Below are positions 49,060 through 58,153 of a DNA stretch of 64,000 bases, in pieces. Under the pieces are notes generated by a model. It saw only the letters and a list, made by a program, of their open reading frames with translations. It was not told where the DNA came from and made no database searches. The position numbers and the translations under genes were made by a program. The stretch is from positions 32,001 to 96,000 of the IMG/VR virus record IMGVR_UViG_3300033076_001145; one strand, written 5' to 3'. The DNA is from a virus (Duplodnaviria > Caudoviricetes). How positions within the stretch are numbered: the first letter of the stretch is position 1; each line of letters opens with the position of its first letter.

Positions 49060-49984
49060 ATTGTTGTGGTTTAACTTGTTCTTTTCCAGGGGTAATCTGA
49101 TTATTATATATTTTCTCGGCCCTAGGTAAGAAAACATTTTTATAAACACTTGGTAATTTTTCCAAAGCCAATTTAAACTCGTCTAATGATAAATCGGTAA
49201 TTAATTTTTCATTACGATAATAAGGTCTTGGAGAATTGGTAACTTTACCCGTATTTGGGTTAATTAATTTAAATGCGGGATTTACTGGTGAAGGGGTAGG
49301 TAAATAATATTTTGTTGGAGGGTCGGTTCGGTTATCTATTAAATAACCTAAAACAACATTTCGAGTATCCGGAGTTGATTTCTCAAAAGCTCGATACTCA
49401 ACGGGGGTTAGTTCCCAATCCGCAGTAGTTAATTCTATCGTATACGGCTCCAATTTACTCTTTTGTTTAATTTCTACCGGAACATCTTTTTGTCGATATT
49501 CAGCATTTAATTTTATTCTAAAATACTGATACTTAACACCTTCACCTTGTTGTATTTTTTTATCCTCAGTAATTGTGATGTTTTTTAATATTTCAGGATT
49601 AATTTTTTGATTTAATAATCCCATGATATAATTTTTTGCCGATACTAATCTCTCGTTAGCTAATTCTGCATTTCTTTGTTTTGAACCGCTTGTTGATGTT
49701 GAAGCTTCAATGGTCATATTAATTTTTTTATTTTCCCATTTATTGTCTTCTAAAATTTTTGACATCTCATCAACCTTTTTATTCAACACATCCAATTGTT
49801 CTTTTGGTAAATCACTAATTTGACCTTTATTTGTTGGAAAATATGCTGGTATTACTCCACTATCCCAATTTTTTACCGTTTCAACTTCCTTTTGTTCATT
49901 CAAATAAAATTTCTTGGTCGCATCGATATGCATACCCAATATTCTTTGTTTCTCACTTTCATTTATCTCAAATAAATTTTTCAT
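49058..49984 (-). CDS. leader-bearing protein with OmpA-C-like domain
   Basis: MKNLFEINESEKQRILGMH..LNEQ; YF......I.IEAST...G...N.ELA..R......Y. Confidence 0.55.
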   Translation of the reverse strand: MKNLFEINESEKQRILGMHIDATKKFYLNEQKEVETVKNWDSGVIPAYFPTNKGQISDLPKEQLDVLNKKVDEMSKILEDNKWENKKINMTIEASTSTSGSKQRNAELANERLVSAKNYIMGLLNQKINPEILKNITITEDKKIQQGEGVKYQYFRIKLNAEYRQKDVPVEIKQKSKLEPYTIELTTADWELTPVEYRAFEKSTPDTRNVVLGYLIDNRTDPPTKYYLPTPSPVNPAFKLINPNTGKVTNSPRPYYRNEKLITDLSLDEFKLALEKLPSVYKNVFLPRAEKIYNNQITPGKEQVKPQQ

Positions 49985-50051
49985 ATAAAATATTTTATTA
50001 ATAAATATTAACGGAAAATAAAAATGAAATACTTATTGCAAAATAAAAGAT

Positions 50052-50192
50052 ATGGCAGCAAAAGTAGCAAAAGGTTCAGGGTCAGCTAAAATTAGTTTTG
50101 GCTCAAAAAAAGTAGGTAAATTCTCTAAGAAACAATCACCAAACAAAAGGTCGAAAAACTACAAAAAACCTTATAGAGGACAGGGAAGATAA
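50052..50192 (+). CDS. 46-aa highly basic peptide ending YRGQGR (not in the ORF track)
   Basis: MAAKVAKGSGSAKISFGSKKVGKFSKKQSPNKRSKNYKKPYRGQGR*; TACTTAT upstream. Confidence 0.75.
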   Translation: MAAKVAKGSGSAKISFGSKKVGKFSKKQSPNKRSKNYKKPYRGQGR

Positions 50193-50678
50193 TTATCTTT
50201 TTTTAATAGGTTCTGGCTCACCATAAGTAACATCAGTAGTTTCTTGGTCACCGACGTGAGTATCAATATGTCTTCCTTCCCAAACAGAGACATCTCCCAT
50301 AGTTTCTCGATACTGGAATTTTGGTTTTACAGTATCTTCTGAATATGACGAAACCCTATGTCTATAAATCACCATTTGCCAAACCGTCTCATGAGCGTTG
50401 GTATCCAAATAATATTCCTCAGCTTCAGGTCTATTCAACGGACCATTAAAATCCTCATCTTCTAAATCTCTTTCATTTAACTTTATTACATTATAAAGAT
50501 AATCAATATCAATCGATTCAGACCCAATACCTAATACTTTAATATTTTCTTCGTAAGTGTCATAATCTGATTCACTTTCAAATGGGTTGTAGTCAGCACC
50601 ATTAAATTCCTCAAGTATTTGTTTACAGACATAAACTAAAACTTTATCATCAATATTTTCTAAATTGGATTTTTCCAT
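50193..50678 (-). CDS. acidic hypothetical protein
   Basis: 161-aa ORF; TATTTAT upstream on the minus strand. Confidence 0.7.
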   Translation of the reverse strand: MEKSNLENIDDKVLVYVCKQILEEFNGADYNPFESESDYDTYEENIKVLGIGSESIDIDYLYNVIKLNERDLEDEDFNGPLNRPEAEEYYLDTNAHETVWQMVIYRHRVSSYSEDTVKPKFQYRETMGDVSVWEGRHIDTHVGDQETTDVTYGEPEPIKKR

Positions 50679-50725
50679 TTTATTGGTATTTATATATTAT
50701 ATAAATATAAAAAATATTTTTTAAA

Positions 50726-51472
50726 ATGACAAAAGAACAAAAAGTCGAGAAGGTATTGAAAATGATAACTGAAGGTAAGGAAGAATTACTTACCGAAAAC
50801 CCTCTCATTGCCGGTTTATTAAGAATGGGATTAATGAAGTATCTTTTTGGAGATACTGTTGATAAGATAGTTGATAAAGTTAAAGGGTCCGATTCTGAGT
50901 CATCTGCTTCAGATATACTTAAAAAGGCAGGATTAGATGTTAAAGCAAAGGATGATGAAGAAATTGAAGATTATTTAAAAGATGATAAATTGTCCGACGA
51001 TGAATTGGAAGAATTGGGTGTTGATGTTGAGGATGTTTCAGACTTCACATCTGAGGAAGACTTTAATTTTTACACAAAAGTTTTAAGAGGCTTAGGAGTT
51101 CCTTTATCGAGAAGTAACTATTTTTTCTTATATGGAATTGCGCAAACTGAATCGACTAAGGCAAGATTTAATCCGTTTGCAACAACTATGAAAATGCCAA
51201 ATTCTAAGTTATTTGGTAATAATACCGCAGGTGTTCAATCATACTCAACCGAAAACGAAGGAGTTAAAGCGACTGTTGATACTATGAAATTAAAATACTA
51301 CAAAGGTATTGTAGATGCTATGAAAGATAATGATGGTAGTGACTTCGAAAATGAAATTGAGAATGTTGCTGAAATGTGGGTAGTCAGTCCATGGGGAACA
51401 AAAACTTTAATGCCAACTATCCATGGTTATATCTCAGGAAACGACCCCAAACCAAAACCAATTAGTCGATAA
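50726..51472 (+). CDS. leader-bearing lysozyme/transglycosylase-like protein
   Basis: Leader ..MITEG..LLTEN; AQTES.KARFNPFATT...N.AGVQSY....GV.AT.....Y..I...SPWGT. Confidence 0.5.
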   Translation: MTKEQKVEKVLKMITEGKEELLTENPLIAGLLRMGLMKYLFGDTVDKIVDKVKGSDSESSASDILKKAGLDVKAKDDEEIEDYLKDDKLSDDELEELGVDVEDVSDFTSEEDFNFYTKVLRGLGVPLSRSNYFFLYGIAQTESTKARFNPFATTMKMPNSKLFGNNTAGVQSYSTENEGVKATVDTMKLKYYKGIVDAMKDNDGSDFENEIENVAEMWVVSPWGTKTLMPTIHGYISGNDPKPKPISR

Positions 51473-51668
51473 TTTTATATTTTTCAAATTTAAGGTTTAA
51501 CTGATTTTTTAAAAAATCATAAGTAAGAGACAAATCAACATCGTTTGTCTCTTCTTTATTTATATACTTCTCGTAAAATAATTCCAATAACTTCTCACAA
51601 CAAATAACGTGTTGGTAGTTCTTACAACTTTTGATAGTCTTCAAAACTTTTTCAAAGTCTTGGTCCAT
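51462..51668 (-). CDS. hypothetical protein
   Basis: KTIKSC...Q.......LF..KY. Confidence 0.6.
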   Translation of the reverse strand: MDQDFEKVLKTIKSCKNYQHVICCEKLLELFYEKYINKEETNDVDLSLTYDFLKNQLNLKFEKYKIID

Positions 51669-52009
51669 TATAAATAATTTAAATAGTTTTGATTTTTTTG
51701 TTTGAAAACTTCTAACATTATCCTTGGTTCCTCTCCATTAGTTTTTACTTTTCTTCTTTTAGAAAATAAATTAACCCAATGTGTTGATATCTGTTCTAAA
51801 ATTTGATTTAAACTTTGTTCAAATGTAAGGACTTTAATTTGAGTTAGTCCTTGCATGTTGTTAAATTTTTTAACATTCTTATTAAGTAAAATAACCTCAA
51901 TATTTGCATTTATTGGGTGAGATGAACTACAGAATCTTACAAACTCGTGTAATATTTTATTTGACATTTGGTCTAAACCTGAGCCGTTATCGATTAATCT
52001 TAGTTCCAT
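51668..52009 (-). CDS. degenerate paralog of the zincin at 15454-15846
   Basis: Start 4 nt after TATTTAT; aligns by eye but lacks HExxH. Confidence 0.55.
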   Translation of the reverse strand: MELRLIDNGSGLDQMSNKILHEFVRFCSSSHPINANIEVILLNKNVKKFNNMQGLTQIKVLTFEQSLNQILEQISTHWVNLFSKRRKVKTNGEEPRIMLEVFKQKNQNYLNYL

Positions 52010-52064
52010 ACTGATAAATATTTGAATAATCAAACATAATTGATTATATTTGAATTGTAAAATT

Positions 52065-52418
52065 ATGGATAGAGAAAGTTTTTTCAAAAATCTAATAACT
52101 GAGTTTTTAACTGAAAACTACCCATTCATTGTTGGTGTGGGAGATGTATCATTTAAGTTAGTCCGTGATGAAAAAATGTCAGTTAATATGGTTTTAAAAA
52201 TAGATTATCTTAAAACCAAAACATTAATAGGTGAAACATTATACGATACATTATTCTCAGAGTCCAAAGTAAAAGACATATTCTCAGTTAGATGGTTTTT
52301 AAAAGATTATATTGATTTAAACCTGATAAGAGATGAGATAAAAAATCATTATAAAATGCTGTTTTCTGAAAGGATAAATGACTTTACAATTAACTTGGAG
52401 GTTGTTAATGAGAACTGA
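52065..52418 (+). CDS. hypothetical protein
   Basis: ORF. Confidence 0.6.
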   Translation: MDRESFFKNLITEFLTENYPFIVGVGDVSFKLVRDEKMSVNMVLKIDYLKTKTLIGETLYDTLFSESKVKDIFSVRWFLKDYIDLNLIRDEIKNHYKMLFSERINDFTINLEVVNEN

Positions 52419-52674
52419 ATTAGAAAAATTAATCAACATTATGAATGATGAGGATATTCCTACTCTTTTTGGTGAAGGGAGTAAAATCGTTATTGACGGT
52501 TTTGATTTTTCAGATTATCAGGGAGTTTATTATATTTCAATAAGACTGACAAATTGTATCCCCGAAATTGCGGTAGATGTATTTCCAGATGCTTTGGAAA
52601 TTTTATTCCATGACATATGGGTTTGTCTCCCCGCAAAACATAACTATATATTAACCTGCGCAATGAATCATTAA
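52408..52674 (+). CDS. hypothetical protein
   Basis: ORF overlapping the upstream stop. Confidence 0.6.
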   Translation: MRTELEKLINIMNDEDIPTLFGEGSKIVIDGFDFSDYQGVYYISIRLTNCIPEIAVDVFPDALEILFHDIWVCLPAKHNYILTCAMNH

Positions 52675-52675
52675 T

Positions 52676-53029
52676 ATGGCACATCCAATCTTACACTCAA
52701 AATCATCGGCAAAACAATTTGGAGGAAAATGGGAAGATTATATTCATCTACACGAATGGTTAGATGAAACAAAGTCTTGGTATGGACATTCATTGCATAG
52801 ACTATGGAGACATCACTCTGAGGGAATCTTTGAGATGGAACAAAGGTTTGGGTCTCATTTTGAAAATAGTGACGGTAAAACCGTTTATACGAGGTATATT
52901 GGGGAACAACATGTAAGAGAAGATTGTAATAACTACATACCAACGGCAAAGGAATGGTTGGATGCCATTTCATCAAAAGAACGACCAATTTGGATGTTAA
53001 AAACTATGAAAATAGAAATAAACGACTAA
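52676..53029 (+). CDS. DUF6915-like His-rich protein
   Basis: MAHP..HSKSSA..FGG..EDY..LH.W.D.TK.....HR..RHHSEGIF...IGEQHV.ED. Confidence 0.75.
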   Translation: MAHPILHSKSSAKQFGGKWEDYIHLHEWLDETKSWYGHSLHRLWRHHSEGIFEMEQRFGSHFENSDGKTVYTRYIGEQHVREDCNNYIPTAKEWLDAISSKERPIWMLKTMKIEIND

Positions 53030-53040
53030 TATTTATTAAT

Positions 53041-53778
53041 ATGACAAATGTTTCAGAAGAAATTTTAAATTTTATAAATTCAGAGTATTCAAAAGAGGTT
53101 CTACCTGATATTGCAGTCATTACTGAAATGAGAGGTAGTGATAGTATAAGACAATCAATTGATGTTTATAACTACGGAGATGTCAATTATTATTATTCTC
53201 CATATTTTGACACGGGGTCAAACAAAGATTTAGATGTTGGTTATATAAAATCATATTTAGACTCCCTTTATAACACAATTATCAATAACGACCCATTTTT
53301 CAGAGACGAGTTATATAAAGAATATGGTGATGATGTCAAATACTTTTCAATTACTATAGTTTTGAATTTTGAAACAAAAAAATTGGAGCTTAGTGGTTAC
53401 GGTATTGAGGACTCAACAGATTATTCTCAAAGTGAGTTTGAATTTACCGAAAATGATGACAAAGAAATATACGATGTGTTAGAAAATTATCTCAATCAAG
53501 GATATGAATATATTACTGTCAATTTTTCAGGTGGAGGTGATTCAGGTCAATTAGATGGTTTTTATTCCGGAGGGTATCCGATTGAAGAGAATGGAGTATT
53601 GGAGGATGCTCTTTACACCCTATTAAATCAACATCAAGGAGGATGGGAAATTAACGAAGGTTCTCAAGGAGAATTCGATATTAATTGTAAGGATAAGACA
53701 ATAGTTCTAAACTTCGGAATGAACTACGAAAGAGAGATTGATTTTGATAATGATTGGGAAATAGATTTAGATTTTTAA
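53041..53778 (+). CDS. DUF6878-like protein
   Basis: V.FSGGGDSGQ...GGWEINEGSQGEF; start 4 nt after TATTTAT. Confidence 0.65.
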   Translation: MTNVSEEILNFINSEYSKEVLPDIAVITEMRGSDSIRQSIDVYNYGDVNYYYSPYFDTGSNKDLDVGYIKSYLDSLYNTIINNDPFFRDELYKEYGDDVKYFSITIVLNFETKKLELSGYGIEDSTDYSQSEFEFTENDDKEIYDVLENYLNQGYEYITVNFSGGGDSGQLDGFYSGGYPIEENGVLEDALYTLLNQHQGGWEINEGSQGEFDINCKDKTIVLNFGMNYEREIDFDNDWEIDLDF

Positions 53779-54101
53779 AAAATCTGAATTGTTCTTTGTG
53801 GTCTGTCGTCACCAAAGTCAGGACAAAAATAAATATTCTTAGCATCGTGGTAGATTGTTCCACCAATTCCATTTGGAATTTTGTGTTTTTCCATGAACTT
53901 ATCATCAACATCAATTTGGTGATTGCCGTCATGAACTACAAAACATTTGTTCTCAAAAGAACAATGATATTGTTGTGATTTATTTTTTTCTCTGAAAAAC
54001 TCTTCAGGAGACATAACATATCTTGCAACATTTTCATTCATCAATTTCTTAACAACTTTCTCTAACTGACTCTCAGTTATATTGATAATTTTCTTTTTCA
54101 T
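53775..54101 (-). CDS. leader-bearing small protein
   Basis: MKKKIINITESQLEKVVKKLMNE. Confidence 0.7.
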   Translation of the reverse strand: MKKKIINITESQLEKVVKKLMNENVARYVMSPEEFFREKNKSQQYHCSFENKCFVVHDGNHQIDVDDKFMEKHKIPNGIGGTIYHDAKNIYFCPDFGDDRPQRTIQIF

Positions 54102-54124
54102 ATACTATAAATACTTTCAATTTT

Positions 54125-56074
54125 TTATTTCCAACCGTTTTTATAAATATTAAATTCTTTAATTCTTCTTTTTAGATTCGCCCAATTGGTTGTAAAATAC
54201 TTCTCAACCGAATTACTATTAGGATTTTTTTGAATTACTTTTGCCAAATTAGAGTTACGATATCCCCCAAGCCCTGCATTATAAACCAAAGAAAGTAATG
54301 CGTCTAATTGATTTTGTTTTAATTTATCATGGTTAGGAAGACTAAGTAATCTCGGTAATAAATTATCTAGTTTTTTTGTAACTAAATTATGAGCTTGTTG
54401 TTTATTTACCTTACATTCAATATCCTTTACTCCAATTTTTTTCTCTTCACCATATGTTCTACCACAAAACTGTGCCCCTTTTGGTATATATACAGTCCCA
54501 TATCCGATAGTTAAAGTTCCTTTAGGGTTTGTTCCAGGTTTATAACATTTAGGTGGGTAGTATCCATCATCATAAACACAAGGAACAAATTCCTCAACTG
54601 CCTTTAAATAATTCACAAGATTAGATGAGTATGTCTTTGCGTTTCCAACTGGTTTAGATGTTAATTTTAACATCTCATCTCTCGTATAAACTTTTCCTGT
54701 CTTATCGTTCCACAATCCTGCCTGTTTTAACCAATTAGTGTCAATATCATTCTTTGTCCCGACATTGGTCCCTTCTTCCACCGCCATCCAAAAACGAGTA
54801 AAGTTTTGTTTTGCCTTATCCCAACCATATTTTTTAACACTTGCATTAAACCAAGTTTTCCAATCGGCAAATTTCCACCAACTATCTGGACCCCAATCAT
54901 CTAAATCGGGATGTGAATCTGGGTTTTTAGGGTCGGCGCCTTCTGTTTCATTTAAATGGTTTATAGACTCAGTAGTTTCAGGTTTCAAAACCGTCATGGC
55001 TTCAGGAAAATCTTTATCCAAAACTTCTTTGTTTTTATTCTCATATGGTATGTTTTGTAAAACATATCTAATAGCATTTAACCCTGAAACTCTCTTATCA
55101 TTTGCATCCAAAATAACCCATGGATGATTTACAGTTGATGTTTTATCAAAAAGTTTTTGTTTAAATTCCGAGAATCTGTCCCACATATCTTGCATTTTCT
55201 CGTCATTAGGAGAGTATTTCCAATACTTTATGGGTGATTGTTGTCTCATTTGGAATCTCTTAGCCTGAGTCTCCTTATCAATAGAAAACCATAACTTAAA
55301 CAGATAATCTCCGTCTTTTACAAGGTCTTTTTCAAAATCTTCAACATTATTCATGAAATCCTCATATTCCTCAGGTGTTCCATAACCCATAACAGGTTCA
55401 ACAAGGCCTCTATTATACCAACTTCTATCAAAAAAGTTAATCATACCTTTTTGAATTTGGTTTCTATATCTATCCCACCAAGCCTTTCTCTCCTCAGGTG
55501 TTGGAATACCTAACGCAATGATATTATAGTATCTTGGATTAAGATTTTCTGTGAATTTTTTTATTGTGGACCCCTTTCCTGCTGAGTCTCTTCCTTCAAA
55601 AACAATAATAACAGTCTTACCTGTTTTCTTTATCCACTCTTGCATTTTTAACAACTCAACTTGTAAGTAGTATAATTCTTTATTATACACTTTTTTCTTA
55701 ATCATTGAGGGTTCCTGAGGTTCAAATGTAAATTCTTCAGGTTCTGGTTCCCCATCTTCAAAATCTTGTTTGTTTCTTTTTTTAAGAGTTTTTAAAATGG
55801 TTTGAAGATATTTTGTAATGTTCTTTTTTTTGTCACCTTTTTTCATTAAAATATTACGGACACCTCTTTCCAATAAATCAAAGTTGATTGGGTGTTCATA
55901 TCCTTGGTCTAGTATTTCATATAATAATACCTCGACATCCTTGGTGTATAATTTATTCTGTTTTAAAATATTTGATATTACAAATTCATAATCCTCTGCG
56001 GATTTAACATCTTCGTTTATTTTTACACCTAATAAACTTCTAAACCTATTAACTTCTGAAATTAATTTTTTCAT
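54125..56074 (-). CDS. ppk2: leader + polyphosphate kinase 2 + Trp-rich domain + GH24 lysozyme fusion
   Basis: LQVELLKMQ, EGRDSAGKGSTIK, FDRSWYNR, R...P.K.WK.SPND; C-terminal E..VPCVYDD, TIGYGT, QNQLDAL.SLVYN.G, L.RR..E. Confidence 0.88.
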   Translation of the reverse strand: MKKLISEVNRFRSLLGVKINEDVKSAEDYEFVISNILKQNKLYTKDVEVLLYEILDQGYEHPINFDLLERGVRNILMKKGDKKKNITKYLQTILKTLKKRNKQDFEDGEPEPEEFTFEPQEPSMIKKKVYNKELYYLQVELLKMQEWIKKTGKTVIIVFEGRDSAGKGSTIKKFTENLNPRYYNIIALGIPTPEERKAWWDRYRNQIQKGMINFFDRSWYNRGLVEPVMGYGTPEEYEDFMNNVEDFEKDLVKDGDYLFKLWFSIDKETQAKRFQMRQQSPIKYWKYSPNDEKMQDMWDRFSEFKQKLFDKTSTVNHPWVILDANDKRVSGLNAIRYVLQNIPYENKNKEVLDKDFPEAMTVLKPETTESINHLNETEGADPKNPDSHPDLDDWGPDSWWKFADWKTWFNASVKKYGWDKAKQNFTRFWMAVEEGTNVGTKNDIDTNWLKQAGLWNDKTGKVYTRDEMLKLTSKPVGNAKTYSSNLVNYLKAVEEFVPCVYDDGYYPPKCYKPGTNPKGTLTIGYGTVYIPKGAQFCGRTYGEEKKIGVKDIECKVNKQQAHNLVTKKLDNLLPRLLSLPNHDKLKQNQLDALLSLVYNAGLGGYRNSNLAKVIQKNPNSNSVEKYFTTNWANLKRRIKEFNIYKNGWK

Positions 56075-56138
56075 ATATAATAAATATTACAAAAAATAAT
56101 TGATACTTTTTTAAATTACACTATATTTAATTAAAAAT

Positions 56139-56206
56139 ATGACCAATAAACTGCGAAACATAGAAATATTATTTAGGAAGTCCTGACAATTGTCAGGATT
56201 TTTTTT
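56139..56206 (+). promoter_or_regulatory. putative attenuator: 15-codon leader ORF overlapping a terminator hairpin
   Basis: MTNKLRNIEILFRKS* (56139-56186); perfect palindrome TCCTGACAATTGTCAGGA (56181-56198) followed by T8. Confidence 0.55.
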
Positions 56207-56241
56207 GCCCGTACATAAACAATAAAATAAAAATAAAAAAA

Positions 56242-57075
56242 ATGAAAGACACAAAAACTTACAACGAATTAGTTCAAAAAATGAGAACTTTTTTCCAATC
56301 AAAAGGATTTTTAGAAGTCCCAACTCAATCGAGATTATCAATCTTAGCCGCATGTGAGAATCCACATTCAATTACAACATTTAATTACAGTGGAGAAGTT
56401 TGGCCATTACCACAAACAGGTCAAATGTGGTTAGAATATGAACTATTAAAAAATCCTGAGTGGAATGGTGTGTATTGTATCTCAACTTCCTACAGACAAG
56501 AAAAAGAACCAATCCCTGGCAGACACTCATTAATTTTTCCAATGTTTGAGGTTGAGAGTAAGGGGACTATGTCCGACTTAATAAAATTAGAATCTGAACT
56601 TTTAGAATACTTAGGATTTGATTCTCCAATTAATTTAAAATACGATGATGTGTGTGAAGAGTATGGGAATGTTAGTATTTTAGAGCATGAACATGAGACC
56701 CGAATGTGGAAGGAAAAAGGTAATTCAGTATCTTTACAATTTTTCCCTTTAAGAACTAATCCGTTTTGGAATATGAAACGAAATGAAGATGGAACTTTCA
56801 ATAAAGTTGATGTTATTTTATATGGACAGGAAACAATAGGTTCAGCGGAAAGAAGTTGTGATGTTAATGAAATGAGAGAAATGTTTTATACTATTGAGGA
56901 TGGAAAATACTCAGAAAAACTTTTTGAATTATTTGGAAAAGAAAGAGTTGAGAGAGAACTTGAGGAATTCCTTTCAATGGATTTCTTCCCTCGTTTTGGG
57001 TGGGGATGTGGTCTAACTAGATTAGAAAGAGCGTATAAATTAATGTTAGAAGAAAAAGAAATTAATTTTGTTTAA
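56242..57075 (+). CDS. class IIb aaRS catalytic-core paralog lacking an anticodon domain (AsnRS-like/asparagine synthetase A-like)
   Basis: R.FF..KGFLEVPT, LPQTGQ..LE, motif 2 SYRQE....RH..IFPMFEVE, ETIGSAER, motif 3 FGWGCGLTRL. Confidence 0.8.
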   Translation: MKDTKTYNELVQKMRTFFQSKGFLEVPTQSRLSILAACENPHSITTFNYSGEVWPLPQTGQMWLEYELLKNPEWNGVYCISTSYRQEKEPIPGRHSLIFPMFEVESKGTMSDLIKLESELLEYLGFDSPINLKYDDVCEEYGNVSILEHEHETRMWKEKGNSVSLQFFPLRTNPFWNMKRNEDGTFNKVDVILYGQETIGSAERSCDVNEMREMFYTIEDGKYSEKLFELFGKERVERELEEFLSMDFFPRFGWGCGLTRLERAYKLMLEEKEINFV

Positions 57076-57089
57076 GTAATTTAAGAAAA

Positions 57090-57833
57090 TCATTTTGAAT
57101 TGATTTTAATGGACTTCAAAAATTTTAATTGTTCAATATGGTTTTCTTTTATTTTTTTTATTAGGAACATAGCGTCTTTTTTTTTCTGATTAGAAATTAA
57201 ATTGTAGTATTCTAGTACATTTTTATAACCATCAATCTCAATATTTTTACCGTTAATAACATCGAATAAAAAATATCTCACAGCGTTAGAATTTTTAGAA
57301 CCTTTTGACTTTTCTTTTAACTTTTCTTTAATTTTCAATAAAGTTTCTTTGGTTGATATTGATTGTTTAATTTTAGATTCTTCTGTCCTGATTCTACCTT
57401 TCATAATTTGTCTCATTTGCTCTCCAAAATTTTGAGGTTTTGGTTTTGACTTCCCTTTATTACCTTCAGATATTTTCATTTTTTGTTCATTAGTCATTGT
57501 TTTTCCTTTATGGGATTCAGAAATTTTCTTTTTTGACTCCTCACTTAAAACCCTGCCGTATGAACCCTCACCCCCGTCTGTCATGTTACATAAAATACCC
57601 GTGTTATTATTTTTTCTACCATAAAACTTAATCCAATATTGCTCGCGAATCATTGCATCACTCCAACTAAGATTATCTTCAATTATTTCCCTCTTAATTC
57701 CATGTTTTTTGACAATATTTATCCAAAATTTATTTCTAGATTTATTACTATCAATTCTTTGTTCATCAGAACCAATACCAATATAAAATACTTGATTATT
57801 ATCGGGTCTAACATGTTTATATACATATGCCAT
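57090..57833 (-). CDS. GIY-YIG homing endonuclease with NUMOD3 repeats
   Basis: YVY....FYIG.G...R, E..WI, N.T.GGEG, SEE.K.KISE.HKG. Confidence 0.85.
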   Translation of the reverse strand: MAYVYKHVRPDNNQVFYIGIGSDEQRIDSNKSRNKFWINIVKKHGIKREIIEDNLSWSDAMIREQYWIKFYGRKNNNTGILCNMTDGGEGSYGRVLSEESKKKISESHKGKTMTNEQKMKISEGNKGKSKPKPQNFGEQMRQIMKGRIRTEESKIKQSISTKETLLKIKEKLKEKSKGSKNSNAVRYFLFDVINGKNIEIDGYKNVLEYYNLISNQKKKDAMFLIKKIKENHIEQLKFLKSIKINSK

Positions 57834-57877
57834 TATATATAAATATCTCTATGTTTGAATTTGATTTTATTTTAAAT

Positions 57878-57907
57878 AAAAATCCCCCTTAATTGGGGGA
57901 TTTTTTT
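57878..57907. terminator. intrinsic terminator
   Basis: A5-TCCCCC-ttaatt-GGGGGA-T7. Confidence 0.7.
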
Positions 57908-58070
57908 ATTCCTTAATTTCAGACATCAATCGTCCCCACAAAAACATCTGTAAAATACCAAAGATAATACCGATGGTCAATACCGATTGATTAGGTGCGT
58001 TTAAGATTAATACTACGATTAATGCCAAGGCCATCATACAAGCGGTCATTTTAAGTTTCAAGTTTTTCAT
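57906..58070 (-). CDS. small two-TM membrane protein
   Basis: MKNLKLKMTACMMALALIVVLIL...IGIIFGILQMFLW; TATATTTG upstream. Confidence 0.6.
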   Translation of the reverse strand: MKNLKLKMTACMMALALIVVLILNAPNQSVLTIGIIFGILQMFLWGRLMSEIKE

Positions 58071-58094
58071 AGTTGTGTGGGGTTTTAATTGTTC

Positions 58095-58134
58095 TACAAA
58101 TATAAACAAAAAATCCCTCGAATGAGGGATTTTA
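58095..58134 (-). promoter_or_regulatory. terminator fused to a TAnnTTTG promoter
   Basis: AAAATCCCTC-gaat-GAGGGATTTT hairpin followed on the minus strand by GTTTATATTTGTA. Confidence 0.65.
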
Positions 58135-58153
58135 TAAAAAATATTTGTTAAAA

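Noticed and set aside
56111-56371. 86-aa minus-strand ORF over the attenuator region
   Set aside because: Antisense to the aaRS-like gene and made of low-complexity A/T-run sequence
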